Shown: piece after piece, positions 1 through 11,300 of the stretch | Numbering within the stretch: position 1 is the first letter of the stretch | Layout: each line of letters begins with the position of its first letter | Origin: Rotaria socialis | Lineage: Eukaryota | Direction of reading: 5' to 3' | Assembly: GCA_905331295.1 (NCBI GenBank) | Contig: CAJNYD010000431.1 | Span: 1 to 45,073, forward strand | DNA: 45,073 nucleotides | The notes under the pieces: model-generated | What the model saw: the letters and a program-made list of their open reading frames with translations, nothing else | What the model was told of the DNA's origin: nothing | The model's database searches: none | Made by a program: the position numbers and the translations under genes

Positions 1-354
1 CCTAAACCAGATTCTGAGGTGGTGCTAATCGGTTGGGGAGCGGTAGAGACAGGCGGAGGGACTCATCATGTATTGAAACAAACACAAGTTCGTGTCATTG
101 AAAACTACGAACATTTCTGGACAGATATCAACAAAGAGAAACAAATTTGCGTTAGAGATCCGTCACTGAATTCAGTTGTATGCAACGGTGATAGTGGTGG
201 TCCTTTACTACAAGAACACAGTGGTCAATGGGTCGTTGATGGTGTAACTAGTTTTGGAGAGAGAGAGTGTGAAATGGTTAATCACAATATGCCGAATGTC
301 TATACTCGTGTATCGGCTTATTTACCTTGGATCAACGGAATCATGCATAAATAA
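1..354 (+). CDS. S1 (chymotrypsin-family) serine protease, C-terminal part (5' truncated by window)
   Basis: Frame is open from base 1 (PKPDSEVVLIGWG...). It contains CNGDSGGP (catalytic Ser), GVTSFG and PNVYTRVSAYLPWI. Position 189 is Val, not Asp, so it is not trypsin-specific. Confidence 0.93.
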   Translation, partial: PKPDSEVVLIGWGAVETGGGTHHVLKQTQVRVIENYEHFWTDINKEKQICVRDPSLNSVVCNGDSGGPLLQEHSGQWVVDGVTSFGERECEMVNHNMPNVYTRVSAYLPWINGIMHK

Positions 355-393
355 ACAGTCTTTCAAGATTTTCATAAGACTTAATATTATTTA

Positions 394-539
394 CAAGGGG
401 GAACAAACTGATTTCGTGACTTCTGATTTCAAAAATCAAAATGTGATTTCATTTGGTTTCAGTTGATTTCAACTGATTTCGGTGATTTTAACTGATTTCA
501 ACTTGATTTCAGAGATTGAAATCAGTTTGTTCCCCCTTG
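394..539. mobile_element. hAT-type MITE, 146 bp
   Basis: Perfect 22-bp TIR CAAGGGGGAACAAACTGATTTC (394-415 / 518-539). 8-bp TSD ATTATTTA (386-393 / 540-547). Interior is full of TGATTTC repeats. Confidence 0.92.
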
Positions 540-910
540 ATTATTTAGTTAGATTTCTATTTGTATTTTCAACACAATCGTTCGTTTTCACAGTAGAATG
601 GCTGAGCTAAAAATGTATTCACAGAGTAAAACAATAGGCTTTTTTTTATGATAAATAATTAGAAATAAGAATTCTTTTGCTCCATCTAAAATAGACAAAG
701 GACATATGAAATCCTACAAAACGAATTGATATAAATACGAATGTTTTCTTTTTTTATGTAGAATTTCAAGTGATTAGTTTGATTTTGACGGAATTTTCTT
801 TATCCAAGGTGAAATAAGTTCGTAAGAGCCAATAATCACCTCAAATAGAAACAGCTGACATATCTTCTCTTATGATACTTTAAAGTAACATATTAGCAAC
901 TAGTTCGAGA

Positions 911-1369
911 CAGAGCTGGGCAAGTCAGAGGTTTCCCAAGTCACAAGTCTTTATAGCACTTATCGATTGTTACAGTGCCGCGTGCAGAACAGATAAGAAA
1001 GAAAAGAAAACTAATTGTTACAAGATATGTGTAATTGGATTCCAATTGTACTTATCTTGCAACAATTGATGTTCTTTTCTTTTGTTGTTCTGTACGCATT
1101 ATATTTACACAGATAAATAAATTTTCTCTTTTATTGTTTCCTGACCGTGGTGTATTCTCACTCAACATTAAAAAATCACACAATCGAAGATCACAAAATT
1201 TAAAATTTAAAAATCTGGAAAATTCATAGAAAACAGTGAATTCGTCCAAAAATAGAAAATTGTTTTTTTTATTATGTCAAGTCAAGACTTGACTTGGCTG
1301 GTTTGACTTGACTGGTTTGACTTGACTTGATCTGACTTGGCTTGACTTGACTTGACTTGCGCAGCTCTG
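911..1369. mobile_element. hAT-type non-autonomous element, 459 bp
   Basis: 17-bp TIR CAGAGCTG(G/C)GCAAGTCA with one mismatch. 8-bp TSD GTTCGAGA (903-910 / 1370-1377). Subterminal GACTT/AAGTC pentamer arrays. Confidence 0.92.
1277..1360. repeat. (GACTT)n subterminal pentamer array of the 911-1369 element
   Basis: Tandem cttga/cttgg units read directly from the sequence. Confidence 0.85.
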
Positions 1370-1896
1370 GTTCGAGATCAAAGATATTTTCTTAAATATT
1401 CTTCTCCATATTGAAAATAGACTTTCTTATCTGTTGTTATTTTGAGATCATTGACTACATTTTAAAAGTAAAAGTAATAGTGTAAATAAATAAGGAAAAT
1501 ATTTTGGGCATTGATGTGATCCATTTATATCACATTATATTCGTTAGACTAAATGAAAAGTTAAAATTGAAACTGTTTTTGGTGATGATATTTTAAATAT
1601 AAATTATCTAAATTTAATGTTACCATTCAAGCATTCTTTCCTTTTTGTTTCTAAAATAAAACGATAATAAAACAAAGCCACTGTTTACGTATTTCGGACA
1701 CTCTTTGTTAATAGGATATGAATGAAAACAAGACAAACAACAAAACTCCCAAACAATGCCTGCCCACTTATACTCTCGATAACACGCGACACGTTGTTGC
1801 TCCTCTTTTGCAGTTCGTTTTCATTTTTTCAATTCTTATGTAGATTCATATCAATAATATACTGTTGTTATCTTTATCAAGTAACATTTTAGTCAA

Positions 1897-2981
1897 ATGA
1901 CTGCATCATTCTTGTTGTTTATTTTAATTCTTGAGGCAATTGTACCAAGTGTCCATGGATGGGGTCTAGAAGGACACGCACTTGTTGTCCATCTAGCTGA
2001 GAGTCAATTGACTCCGGAAGCATCCGAATGGATTAAACCGTTGTTGCCTTGGTTCGTGTTTGGTAACTTGACAGCTGTCGCTTCGTGGGCCGACGACATC
2101 ATTCACGATAATTCCAACCATTTCGACTATATTAATTGGCAATGGACTCGAGCATTGCACTATATCGATATGCCTGACTGGAATTGCAATTACGATCCAC
2201 AGCGAGATTGCAAGAATGACATTTGTGTCGATGGTGCACTAAGAAATTACTCACAGCGGCTGATTGCTGCTGATCTAGATCATATACAACATAAAGAAGC
2301 ACTCATGTTTCTTGTTCATTTCGCTGGCGATGTTCATCAACCGCTGCATGTTAGCTTCGCAGGAGATTTAGGCGGAAACAGAGTGAAAGGTAACAGTAAA
2401 TTGGGGATTGAAGAAATAGTTAATTGGTTGAATGTTTTCTTATAGGGTTCTTCATGAACAATTCACGCGAGACAAATCTTCATTCACTATGGGATAGTGG
2501 ACTCATTCATTGGCGTATTTCGCACGAGTTTCAATCGAATTTCGATCTCTATTACGAATATCTATATACACTCATGCGCAATCAAACACCGACAATTCAC
2601 AATGATGATTTCAAACAATGGATTATAGAAAGTGCAACGCTAGTGTGCCAGCAAGTTTATTTCGATGAAACTAATGTAACCATGAATGCTTCAGCCATTT
2701 TTCATCTGGGCAACATCTACTATATGAAAAATATCCCCGTAGTTGAACAACGTATCATTAGAGGAGGTCAACGATTAGGTTCTCTACTCAATAGATTAGC
2801 AGCTAATCGTCCGAAGTCACCAGCATCGTCACCGGAAAAGCTTTGTTGGGGCACAATCGCTCTCATCGTCGTAATTGCCATCGAACTGGTTGTTGTTATT
2901 CTTGTCTTTATAGGAACTCGCATGGCCAAACGACTAAAAGAAAAAACTACATTATCATTTTCTAATCCTTTTATGAAATAA
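1897..2981 (+). CDS. S1/P1 nuclease with signal peptide and C-terminal transmembrane helix (exons 1897-2389, 2446-2981)
   Basis: Motifs WGLEGH, WADDI, LHYID, HFAGDVHQPLH, DLGGN and NLHSLWDSGLI. A 56-bp GT-AG phase-1 intron (2390-2445) joins the two ORFs in frame. Hydrophobic TIALIVVIAIELVVVILVFIG lies near the C-terminus. Confidence 0.93.
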
Positions 2982-3635
2982 AAAAGATAAAAGCAATACT
3001 ATAATTACATTCATTTCAATGGGGAATAATCTTGTTATTCCATGACAAACACTACTATATCAGTGACTTCCAGCGGGTTCTATGGGTTCACAAACAGAAC
3101 ATCGAGCTGCGAAATTTCATGATAATGAACTAACAGAAACAGCAACAACAAAGTTGCACAAGACACCAATCAGTTCAAATTATAAATTAATTTGCTTGTA
3201 TATATGCTTCACAGAATCAATCACTCAGATGTTAGAAACACAACGTACTAGAATTAGTTTCCTCGTCTAGAAAATCTTCATTAGAAGATATTGAAAACTA
3301 TTTTGGTACTTTGTTTCTGTTAATTATTTTTCGACAGCTAACAGCAGGTCATTTTATAAGTTCTTTTTACTTCAACTTATGCTACTTTAAAAGTACCCGT
3401 TATGCCATTTTGCTCGTCATATTATGAGATGGAATTCGTTGTATATACATTCATTTATTTCACATTGTAGATTAGATATTCGTATAGTAGACGTAGTTAT
3501 TCATGTCTCTCCATACTCAATGCTGTGTACAAAATTTGATACTTCGCCATTTGTTTTAGACTGAGATGAAATCAGTATTGAATTAATAGATTTGAAAAAA
3601 ATAAAAAATAAATTTTTGAAGGAAGAAAAAAATGG

Positions 3636-3717
3636 CGACGAGAGTGAGATTTGAACTCACGCGGGCAGAGCCCATTAGATTAGCAGTCTAACGCCTTAAC
3701 CGCTCGGCCATCTCGTC
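3636..3717 (-). tRNA. tRNA-Ser (anticodon GCT)
   Basis: Reverse complement GACGAGATGGCCGAGCGGTTAAGGCG-TTAGA CT GCT AA TCTAA-TGGGCTCTGCCCGC-GTGAGTTCAAATCTCAC-TCTCGTCG: 82 nt, long variable arm, followed by CCA and a T7 Pol III terminator. Confidence 0.96.
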
Positions 3718-5346
3718 TATTTTAAAATTGTTTTTTTAGGATAGCATATTTAGCGTGTTTAATCACTGAATCAAAATAAATATCGTCAGTGAATATTGAC
3801 ACACGAGGTAACCATCGTTGCCGTGAGCAAATTATGTAAAACTAAAAGAAAAAAAAAATTTCAATATCTAAAATTTAGTTTGATTTCGAAATTACCGATT
3901 TATTGTCAGTAATTAATTAAATGAATTTTCTACATTGTTTAAAAGTGTATGAATGTAAGTACTACTTTCCAAATGAGTAAATTTGATTGATTAATGTACT
4001 TCTCAATCAAGGATAAAATATTTAAAAAAAACTTGTTTTTGAGATTTTTCTTTCAATCATTTATAAGCTCGAGCAAAAAGCTAGAAGAATTTTTTCAAAA
4101 TTCTGTTTCGCATGAATTAAAGGTGATTATGATTCGTTGTGACAGAGAAAAAGCAACTGTTTATAAATATAGGGGACACGACAAAAAAAATCACACTCGC
4201 ATGAATAACTGCGGTGTTTCACAGAGCGTCAAAGATTATAATTAATACGATGCGAAACAAAAGCATTTCTGTAGTCCATCGCGAGTTTTTTTTATCTCTT
4301 TCTAACTTGAGTACGCACGAAAGTTTTCATTCAGTGATCCGATAATTTAGAGAACCGTAAATGATAGAAAATCCATTCAAACTAGATATGAAAGTATCGA
4401 GATCGAACTTCTGACATATTTTTTCTATTCTTCAATCTGATATTCCGTTCACTCACAAGTGTGATTCCAAAATGACGAAAATGAAAGAAATTTGTTGCGA
4501 GATAATTAATCGATCAATTGAAATCAATCTGTAAGAATAGAGTTTTCTCGGTGATGAATTGCATTATGGCTATATAAAAAATATTTAATGTCTATCAATT
4601 GAAGATTTTTCGTAGAAGATACAGATTCTTGCTTCGCATCGTATTTCGTATACGAGTGCAACGCGGATACCATCTAGTTATAATACATTTCTTTGAGAAT
4701 CGTATGCAATTAAAAATAGAATTCATCGATCTATCGTTCATTACACCGGATACTTTGCATGATTTCCTGAAATATTTTAGAGGCTAGTCGTGTAATTATA
4801 CTAATTTTAAATTGCGTGCGTAGTGTATCAATAAATAATCCGGTAACGAAAGGAGTGACTTTCTTGAAGTAAGCTAAGCAACTTAATTAGATATAATATC
4901 ACGCTGAGAATAATCTAACTACCCGAAGACTTGTCTGGTTTCGATACTATTGACAGGATAAACAAAATTGGAACATGTCAGTAACTTGAAAGCTTATAAG
5001 TTTTTTTTTCATTCGACTATGAAAAATATTAAACTATTCAAATTTTCTCGTCGCCTACTATTATAAGAGCATAGATTGCATTTCATACTTTCATTAGAGC
5101 TATACTTTTTGTTTAAAACTAAACTAGAAGTATACTTTAATTGTGTCGAGAATACAAAATAGTTACTTATACATGAATAAATATCAAAACGCGTTTCATT
5201 ATTAAACCAATAATTATAAAATTCATAATTATTCTACCGTTAACTGAGCTTCTTGTTAACGATCATCATATTTAAAGGAGGAAGCTTCCGAAGATAAAAT
5301 TCATTATTTGTCTTCATCGAAATCTGCACTACTAAGTCGTATCGAA

Positions 5347-6282
5347 ATGGAAACATTCGTAGACAACAAATTTGTTCTTCACCGAACAAAATTTTTCATT
5401 TTGATCAGTTTACAAATTCCAGCAATTATCATTAGTCTATTGATTTTTGTATTTTTCATTAACCATCGTACTACGTTAAATGCACTTCAAAATCAAGCGT
5501 TACTCCTCTTACTTATTGTTGGTTTTGTTGAATTGACCGCAGATCTACCAATGCCAATACGCTACTATTATCTTGGATATGTTACTCCAGCAACGCCCGG
5601 CTATTGTAATTGGTGGACATTTTTCGAGTATAGTATTCATTTAATAAGCGAACTTCTTATGGCTACTATTTCCATTCAACGGCATGCACTTATATTTAGC
5701 GCAAATCTATTTCGATCTCGTCTCAATCTCTATGTTCTTTACTATGCTCCTCTTGCCATATGTGTTACTTATCCATTTATTTTCTATATTTTTATTATCT
5801 TGATCTCTCCATGTGATGGCACTCAATGGGACTATACATCGAATTTATGTGGCTATGCGAACTGTTATCTTCTCTACAATCGGTTTTTAGGTATGTACGA
5901 TTGGGCAGCGAATAATGGTTCACCAGCTATTGTCATTATGTTGGCTAATTTTGCACTTGTTCTACGCGTTATTCGTCATAAGCGACGTCAACAAGGGGGA
6001 TATTCTTGGAAAAAACAACGGCGCATGACATTACAATTAGTCTTTATTTCGAGTCTTTATTTATTTGCATGGCTACCCAGTCTTGCTATAGGTGTCACTC
6101 AAATAATGATTTCTCCAAGTTTCCTGGCAAATATTCAAACAGATTATACGCTTGATTTCATGTACTTAATAAGTCTTCTATCACCGTGGGTCTATATCAA
6201 ACTGTTGCCAGACTTCCAGAGATGGATTTCAAAGAATGTCCATCGTGGAGAACTAACGCAGAATACTGTTAGACCTGTATGA
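5347..6282 (+). CDS. Rhodopsin-like (class A) 7TM G-protein-coupled receptor, single exon
   Basis: Seven hydrophobic segments, a Cys before TM3, DRY-like SIQRH, basic ICL3 (KKQRRMT), WLP in TM6 and SPWVY in TM7. First ATG is at 5347. Confidence 0.85.
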   Translation: METFVDNKFVLHRTKFFILISLQIPAIIISLLIFVFFINHRTTLNALQNQALLLLLIVGFVELTADLPMPIRYYYLGYVTPATPGYCNWWTFFEYSIHLISELLMATISIQRHALIFSANLFRSRLNLYVLYYAPLAICVTYPFIFYIFIILISPCDGTQWDYTSNLCGYANCYLLYNRFLGMYDWAANNGSPAIVIMLANFALVLRVIRHKRRQQGGYSWKKQRRMTLQLVFISSLYLFAWLPSLAIGVTQIMISPSFLANIQTDYTLDFMYLISLLSPWVYIKLLPDFQRWISKNVHRGELTQNTVRPV

Positions 6283-6944
6283 ACTTTTCCATTCTTGTTG
6301 CTCTATTATAATAATTATTTTAAGAGTTTCCTTTTCTTTTCAACAAGTAAAATAATATCTAATGCCCATAAAACCCTGAAAAAATGGATCCCACCCTTTA
6401 GCCAGCAAACATTAAATTTTATTTATTAGCAATGAAAACAAAACTGTTTACGTCGATGTTCAGTGTTGTAACAAAAATTTACACATGTAATTAAATTGCA
6501 TATTGTCAATAAAAATTAGAATCTTCGTAAGGGTAATTTTTTACTATTTGCTTGACTAATGAATGAGAAACTTAAAAAAGAAACTCAACACACGACTGTA
6601 ACAGCGATAGACTATATTTATTTATCCATTTTTACATATTTTTCATAGGCGAATTCGAGTATATTAATGATTAACATGATTAAAGCTGCATTATTTTTAT
6701 CTCGTCGGGCAAAATTGTATAGGTTTTCGTTGAATAATCTTTTCTAAGTAGATTGATTACTTTCGTATTCGCTGTTTGAATGAAATTCGAACAGAAGGTC
6801 ACTAAGGTAACACATAGTCAACGTTTATCTTCTTGAGTTTCCTTTACTGTTCGTTGCGATTAGAAACAAGCAATATTAAATTGTTTGCGATTAGCGAACG
6901 AAACGTTAAGTCATAAATATACTATCATTTTCACGAGTTAAACA

Positions 6945-7913
6945 ATGATGAAGCCTGCGTCTTCAGTTCTGTGTTTTCTACTACTTACCATATGGCTGTT
7001 CTTGGCCATCGGAGGTAAGAAATATACATCGACTCTAGAATTCGGCGAAGTCTATGATTCTCATTCATTTACTAACTTTTTGAAATAAAATGTTAATTAT
7101 AAAACTGACTTTATTTAAAATTTTACAGAACATTATTGACTATAAATACTTGAGCAGTTCAAGGAAAGATATTTAGAGTGAGTTTTGTTTTCAGAGAATG
7201 TTCACCGGACTGATAGATCACGGCAAATGGCCACAAGACAGTTTTATATACTTTATTTATTTAATCTGCTTGAAAAAAAATAGAAAATCTTGATTTTATT
7301 TGTAGTAATCGATGCGCAAACAAAGTCAAAAGGGAAAAAAGGCAACTCAGTAGTAATGTCGGAAATCGGCACCAATCAAGCAGCGGGCATAGCAGACGGG
7401 AGCAGCCCTAACGACGTCGCCTCACAAGGAAATTTAAAGCAACTCGATCGCCGAAATCGATTACGAGACAATACTAATCATGGAGGACCGATGGTTCCCG
7501 ATGAAAATAATACAGGCGATAGCCCCAATTCACAGCCACGACGAGAAGATAGACGAGAAGGGTCAAAGTTCAAACACCACAAAAAACAAAAATATGAAAA
7601 GAAACATCACAATTGTTCGAAAAAGGGTAAAAGTGGTTGTCAAGGACATAAGAAACCCCATCATCATCATCATCATCATCATCTTGACCGTGAAAATAAA
7701 CAAGATGGCCATGAAAAAAAGCATCAGCACAAGCATGAAACTCATTCGGATCGCTCAAATAAAAACCGTGAAGAACCCTGGAAAGCAAATGAGAAAACAG
7801 TTGATCATTCGTCTACTCATCGCCATAAGGATAAGAGACCGACAACGGACTCCAAGGATGGAAATTCTGATCATAAATCTAAACCAGCCACTGATGAAGA
7901 TGATTTACTTTAA
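6945..7913 (+). CDS. Secreted His/Lys-rich low-complexity hydrophilic protein (exons 6945-7014, 7306-7913)
   Basis: Exon 1 encodes the signal peptide MMKPASSVLCFLLLTIWLFLAIG followed by GTAAG. The phase-1 acceptor TTTGTAG at 7305 joins in frame to the 7290 ORF. Poly-His tract and charged, hydrophilic composition. Confidence 0.8.
7659..7683 (+). repeat. (CAT)8 microsatellite encoding poly-His
   Basis: catcatcat... in frame as HHHHHHHH. Confidence 0.9.
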
Positions 7914-8332
7914 ACCCTCTATAGGCAGTCTCTTTGAAAAAACATCATTAATTAATTTTCATGTTTTATCCTAATTGTCAAGATTTTTCAATCCAAAATT
8001 CTTCTTAAATATATAACGGATGCTAGAAAAGTAGCATTGAACAGACACCGTAGTGTAACCTTGGAAAATTAAATTCAACTAATATTCATTGTGAATGATA
8101 TTATTCATGCTAGACCATAAAATGTTGATTTTAGATAAGAAATGGAAAGAACTTGCCATAAACAGTCAATATCATGAGTTTTATTCGATTTAGATTTATT
8201 TTTTTCTTCATCTTCTATGTACGGTTTATTGAAAAAATGATTCAGAATATTTGCTATCGTTGATAAACATCTTTTTGACTGTTACTATTCTTTGTCTCTT
8301 TCATTTTGTTTCATAAATCATTTTGAATATAC

Positions 8333-11300
8333 ATGTCGTCAACAGAAAACGACGAGGAAATGTTGTTTCCTGATATTACTCAAACAGATCGATCAACAAG
8401 CTTTCATTCGAACGTCGTAGGTAAAATTTGGACTCGATTATTGATTCATTTATGCTGGTGGCTTCATGATATGTATGAAGTTGATGGCAATGATACAAAA
8501 TTAAGCTATATCGAAAATAAACTTGCTCAATGTCAATCGTTGTTTCCTGCGAAATTCGTATTGATGTTTTCGGATTCGAAATTTCTTCCCGAACAACAAC
8601 ATCCATTTCTGATTTGTCGTCATGATCAAAGCAAAACAGTGTTATTGGTATTTCGTGCAACTGTTTCCTCAAAGTCTATTCAAGATGTATTTACCAACAT
8701 GAAATTTTATTCAGATAGTAAAATTTATGAAGGCGACATACATGCGGGATTTACAAGCCGAGCTGAATCAGGACCTGTGTTGGCAGTTGTCAAATGATTA
8801 CGACAAGGATGGAAGGTAATTATCAGTGGACATTCACTTGGTGGCGCAGTAAGCCAATTATTTACAGCACAAGTCATACAATGTCTGGTTGAAATTGGCT
8901 TAACCATGGATCAGGTAGTTTTACGATGTGTCACTTTTAGAACACCACAATGTGCCGATCATAATTTTTGGTCGAGCTATGCGTCGTGATTTAATGTTTT
9001 CGATAGTTATATTTATGAAAAAGATGCCATTTTCCGTTTGGTATCATTCGGCACGGAACTGACAAAAGATTTAATTCATGCGTTCGCTGGTAGAATTCAA
9101 CATTTTACGACAAAAGTTATCAGATACATGGTCCGCGATCAAGCAGCTAACCCGTTCGGTGATGGTCCTGATCAAATTATAAATGTTATTAACGATGTTT
9201 TTATTCCCAAATATTCTGTATTTGGTCGTCATCATTTTATTATGAAAAAGGAATTATCAGCATTAGTCATTGTTTCCATAGGTGAATCATCGAGCGAAAA
9301 ACAAAGATTGCTGGAAGATTTGGCAAACAGTACCAGCTCTTGGTACAATTATTTCATTGAACAACAAGTAATTCCTGCTGGGTCGTTAGAATTTACTTAC
9401 CGTGACTTTTTAAATCATGGCTGTTATCCGTTCGCTATCAATGAATTGTTTAATGGGGAAGTCAATGAACGATTGGGCAATAGACAGCTTTCAACACAAA
9501 TCTTACTGCGATCTCCTCTCAGCAGTACAAGTTCAAAGTCAATTTTTAATCTATCGGAATTTATTTACTCACCAAATGAAAATAATCCGTATCCTAATTA
9601 CATTTATTTAAGAGGATTTCTAGTTGACTTTATTCGTTTTGTTACATTACCAATTCAGTTGGCAGAATCCGAACAATTAAGAACACAAAAACTAATAATG
9701 ACACAAGAACAATCAGATGGACGTGCTATTTTATGTCACAGATCAACAGAGTCAAACAAGTTTATCAAAGGCCATTCAACATTTTTCATTCATGTTGCTA
9801 CTTTTTTTAGTTCATGCGACCTGCAAGTTCCTGTTTTCGTGGACACAAGTAACCCACATTTTCGAACAGCCGAAACACTTGATCCAATATAAACAGTACT
9901 ACGTGCTTATCATGAATTAGTTTTGGGCGCATGTTCCGCTGATCAATGCAATGATACACCATTGGCGCGATGCTTTTCGACATTTTTTGACGCATTCAAA
10001 TTGATTGACAATGACCAATATGATGAGATATTAGCGACATATTTGACTGAAATTCAAAGCTGTAATTATTTCGATGACACAGAAAAATATTTAGAAAATC
10101 TTGAAATACCACAGTCAGTCGGTGAAGTTTATGAATACTTTAAAAATGAATTAATCTCGTTCAAAAAAACTTTCACAGATTTACGACATGGTTCTGATGA
10201 AAAGCGCAAAACTGCAACATATTTATATCAATCACTATGTAACACAATAATATTTCACTTTTATGAATCTAAATTGGAAAAATTTCCAGTCGAACTAGAT
10301 ATCAATGCTCCATCATGGATTTTCTCGCCATTTGAAAATAAAATCGACTTTGAATCTTTCATGATTCCAGATATGTCGCATGAACTATTCATACCGTTAG
10401 ATTTAGAACTTTCTCGTCTTCGTAAATATTTACAAGAACTACACAAAAATGGCATCATTCTTTTTTCTTCGAATCAAATTAAATCGTTTGATGGTTGTNG
10501 AAAAATTTCCAGTCGAACTAGATATCAATGCTCCATCATGGATTTTCTCGCCATTTGAAAATAAAATCGACTTTGAATCTTTCATGATTCCAGATATGTC
10601 GCATGAACTATTCATACCGTTAGATTTAGAACTTTCTCGTCTTCGTAAATATTTACAAGAACTACACAAAAATGGCATCATTCTTTTTTCTTCGAATCAA
10701 ATTAAATCGTTTGATGGTTGTTTTCAAAAATTATTCATGGTTCAAACAATCGCTTAAAAATTGTCAACAATCTCTATTTGAGTTTCAAGATAATACACGT
10801 TTATGCTATTATTCGTCAGATGATCCAAGTAGAATGTCTCACAATCAAGTCAGACAAACGCTAATGGGTGTTTCATCATCGTTACTAATATCAGCCGGTG
10901 AAAATCTAGATGAAAATGAAAACGAATGGCAAATTCTAATGCGGATATCCGGATGTCAATGGATCCATGAAATAACCAAGGTTAAAACACTACAAGAACG
11001 CGATACTCTCTGGAATCGAATATTTACTAGCGAACCATTGAAAAATGTACCAGAAGATCACCGTTGGAATTGGATTGGGATAATGCGGCTTTGTTCCCAT
11101 TTGAGTTTAATGCGTGATATCTTACTGAGAAAACCACCAAAAGTTGTTATCACAGGTAAATCAACTCTATTTACATATTTAGCTGGAAGAAATTTGGAAG
11201 AATTACGTAGCATTGACGCATTTAATACTCGAATGTCGCTGCAATGTCCTGCGTTGATTCACTTTAATGATGAATCAATATTGACAATTGATATTGTTGA

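Noticed and set aside
1277..1360. Short repeat array as CRISPR or telomeric repeat
   Set aside because: No spacers, and it lies inside a TIR/TSD-bounded transposon.
4167..4800. Possible MITE bounded by ACACGAC / GTCGTGT
   Set aside because: The inverted match is too short and I found no TSD.
7480..7974. Overlapping ORFs with poly-Ile, poly-Met and poly-Asp
   Set aside because: These are alternative-frame readings of the (CAT)n poly-His tract.
8333..9892. Alternative genetic code (UGA=Trp) as the explanation of the in-frame stops
   Set aside because: TGG is used for Trp in the same ORF, a TAA and a frame change also occur, and neighbouring genes use TGA as stop.
10277..10721. 222-bp tandem duplication inside the lipase-GTPase gene
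   Set aside because: Exact copies joined by a single N and absent from the second gene copy, which is typical of a scaffolding overlap rather than biology.
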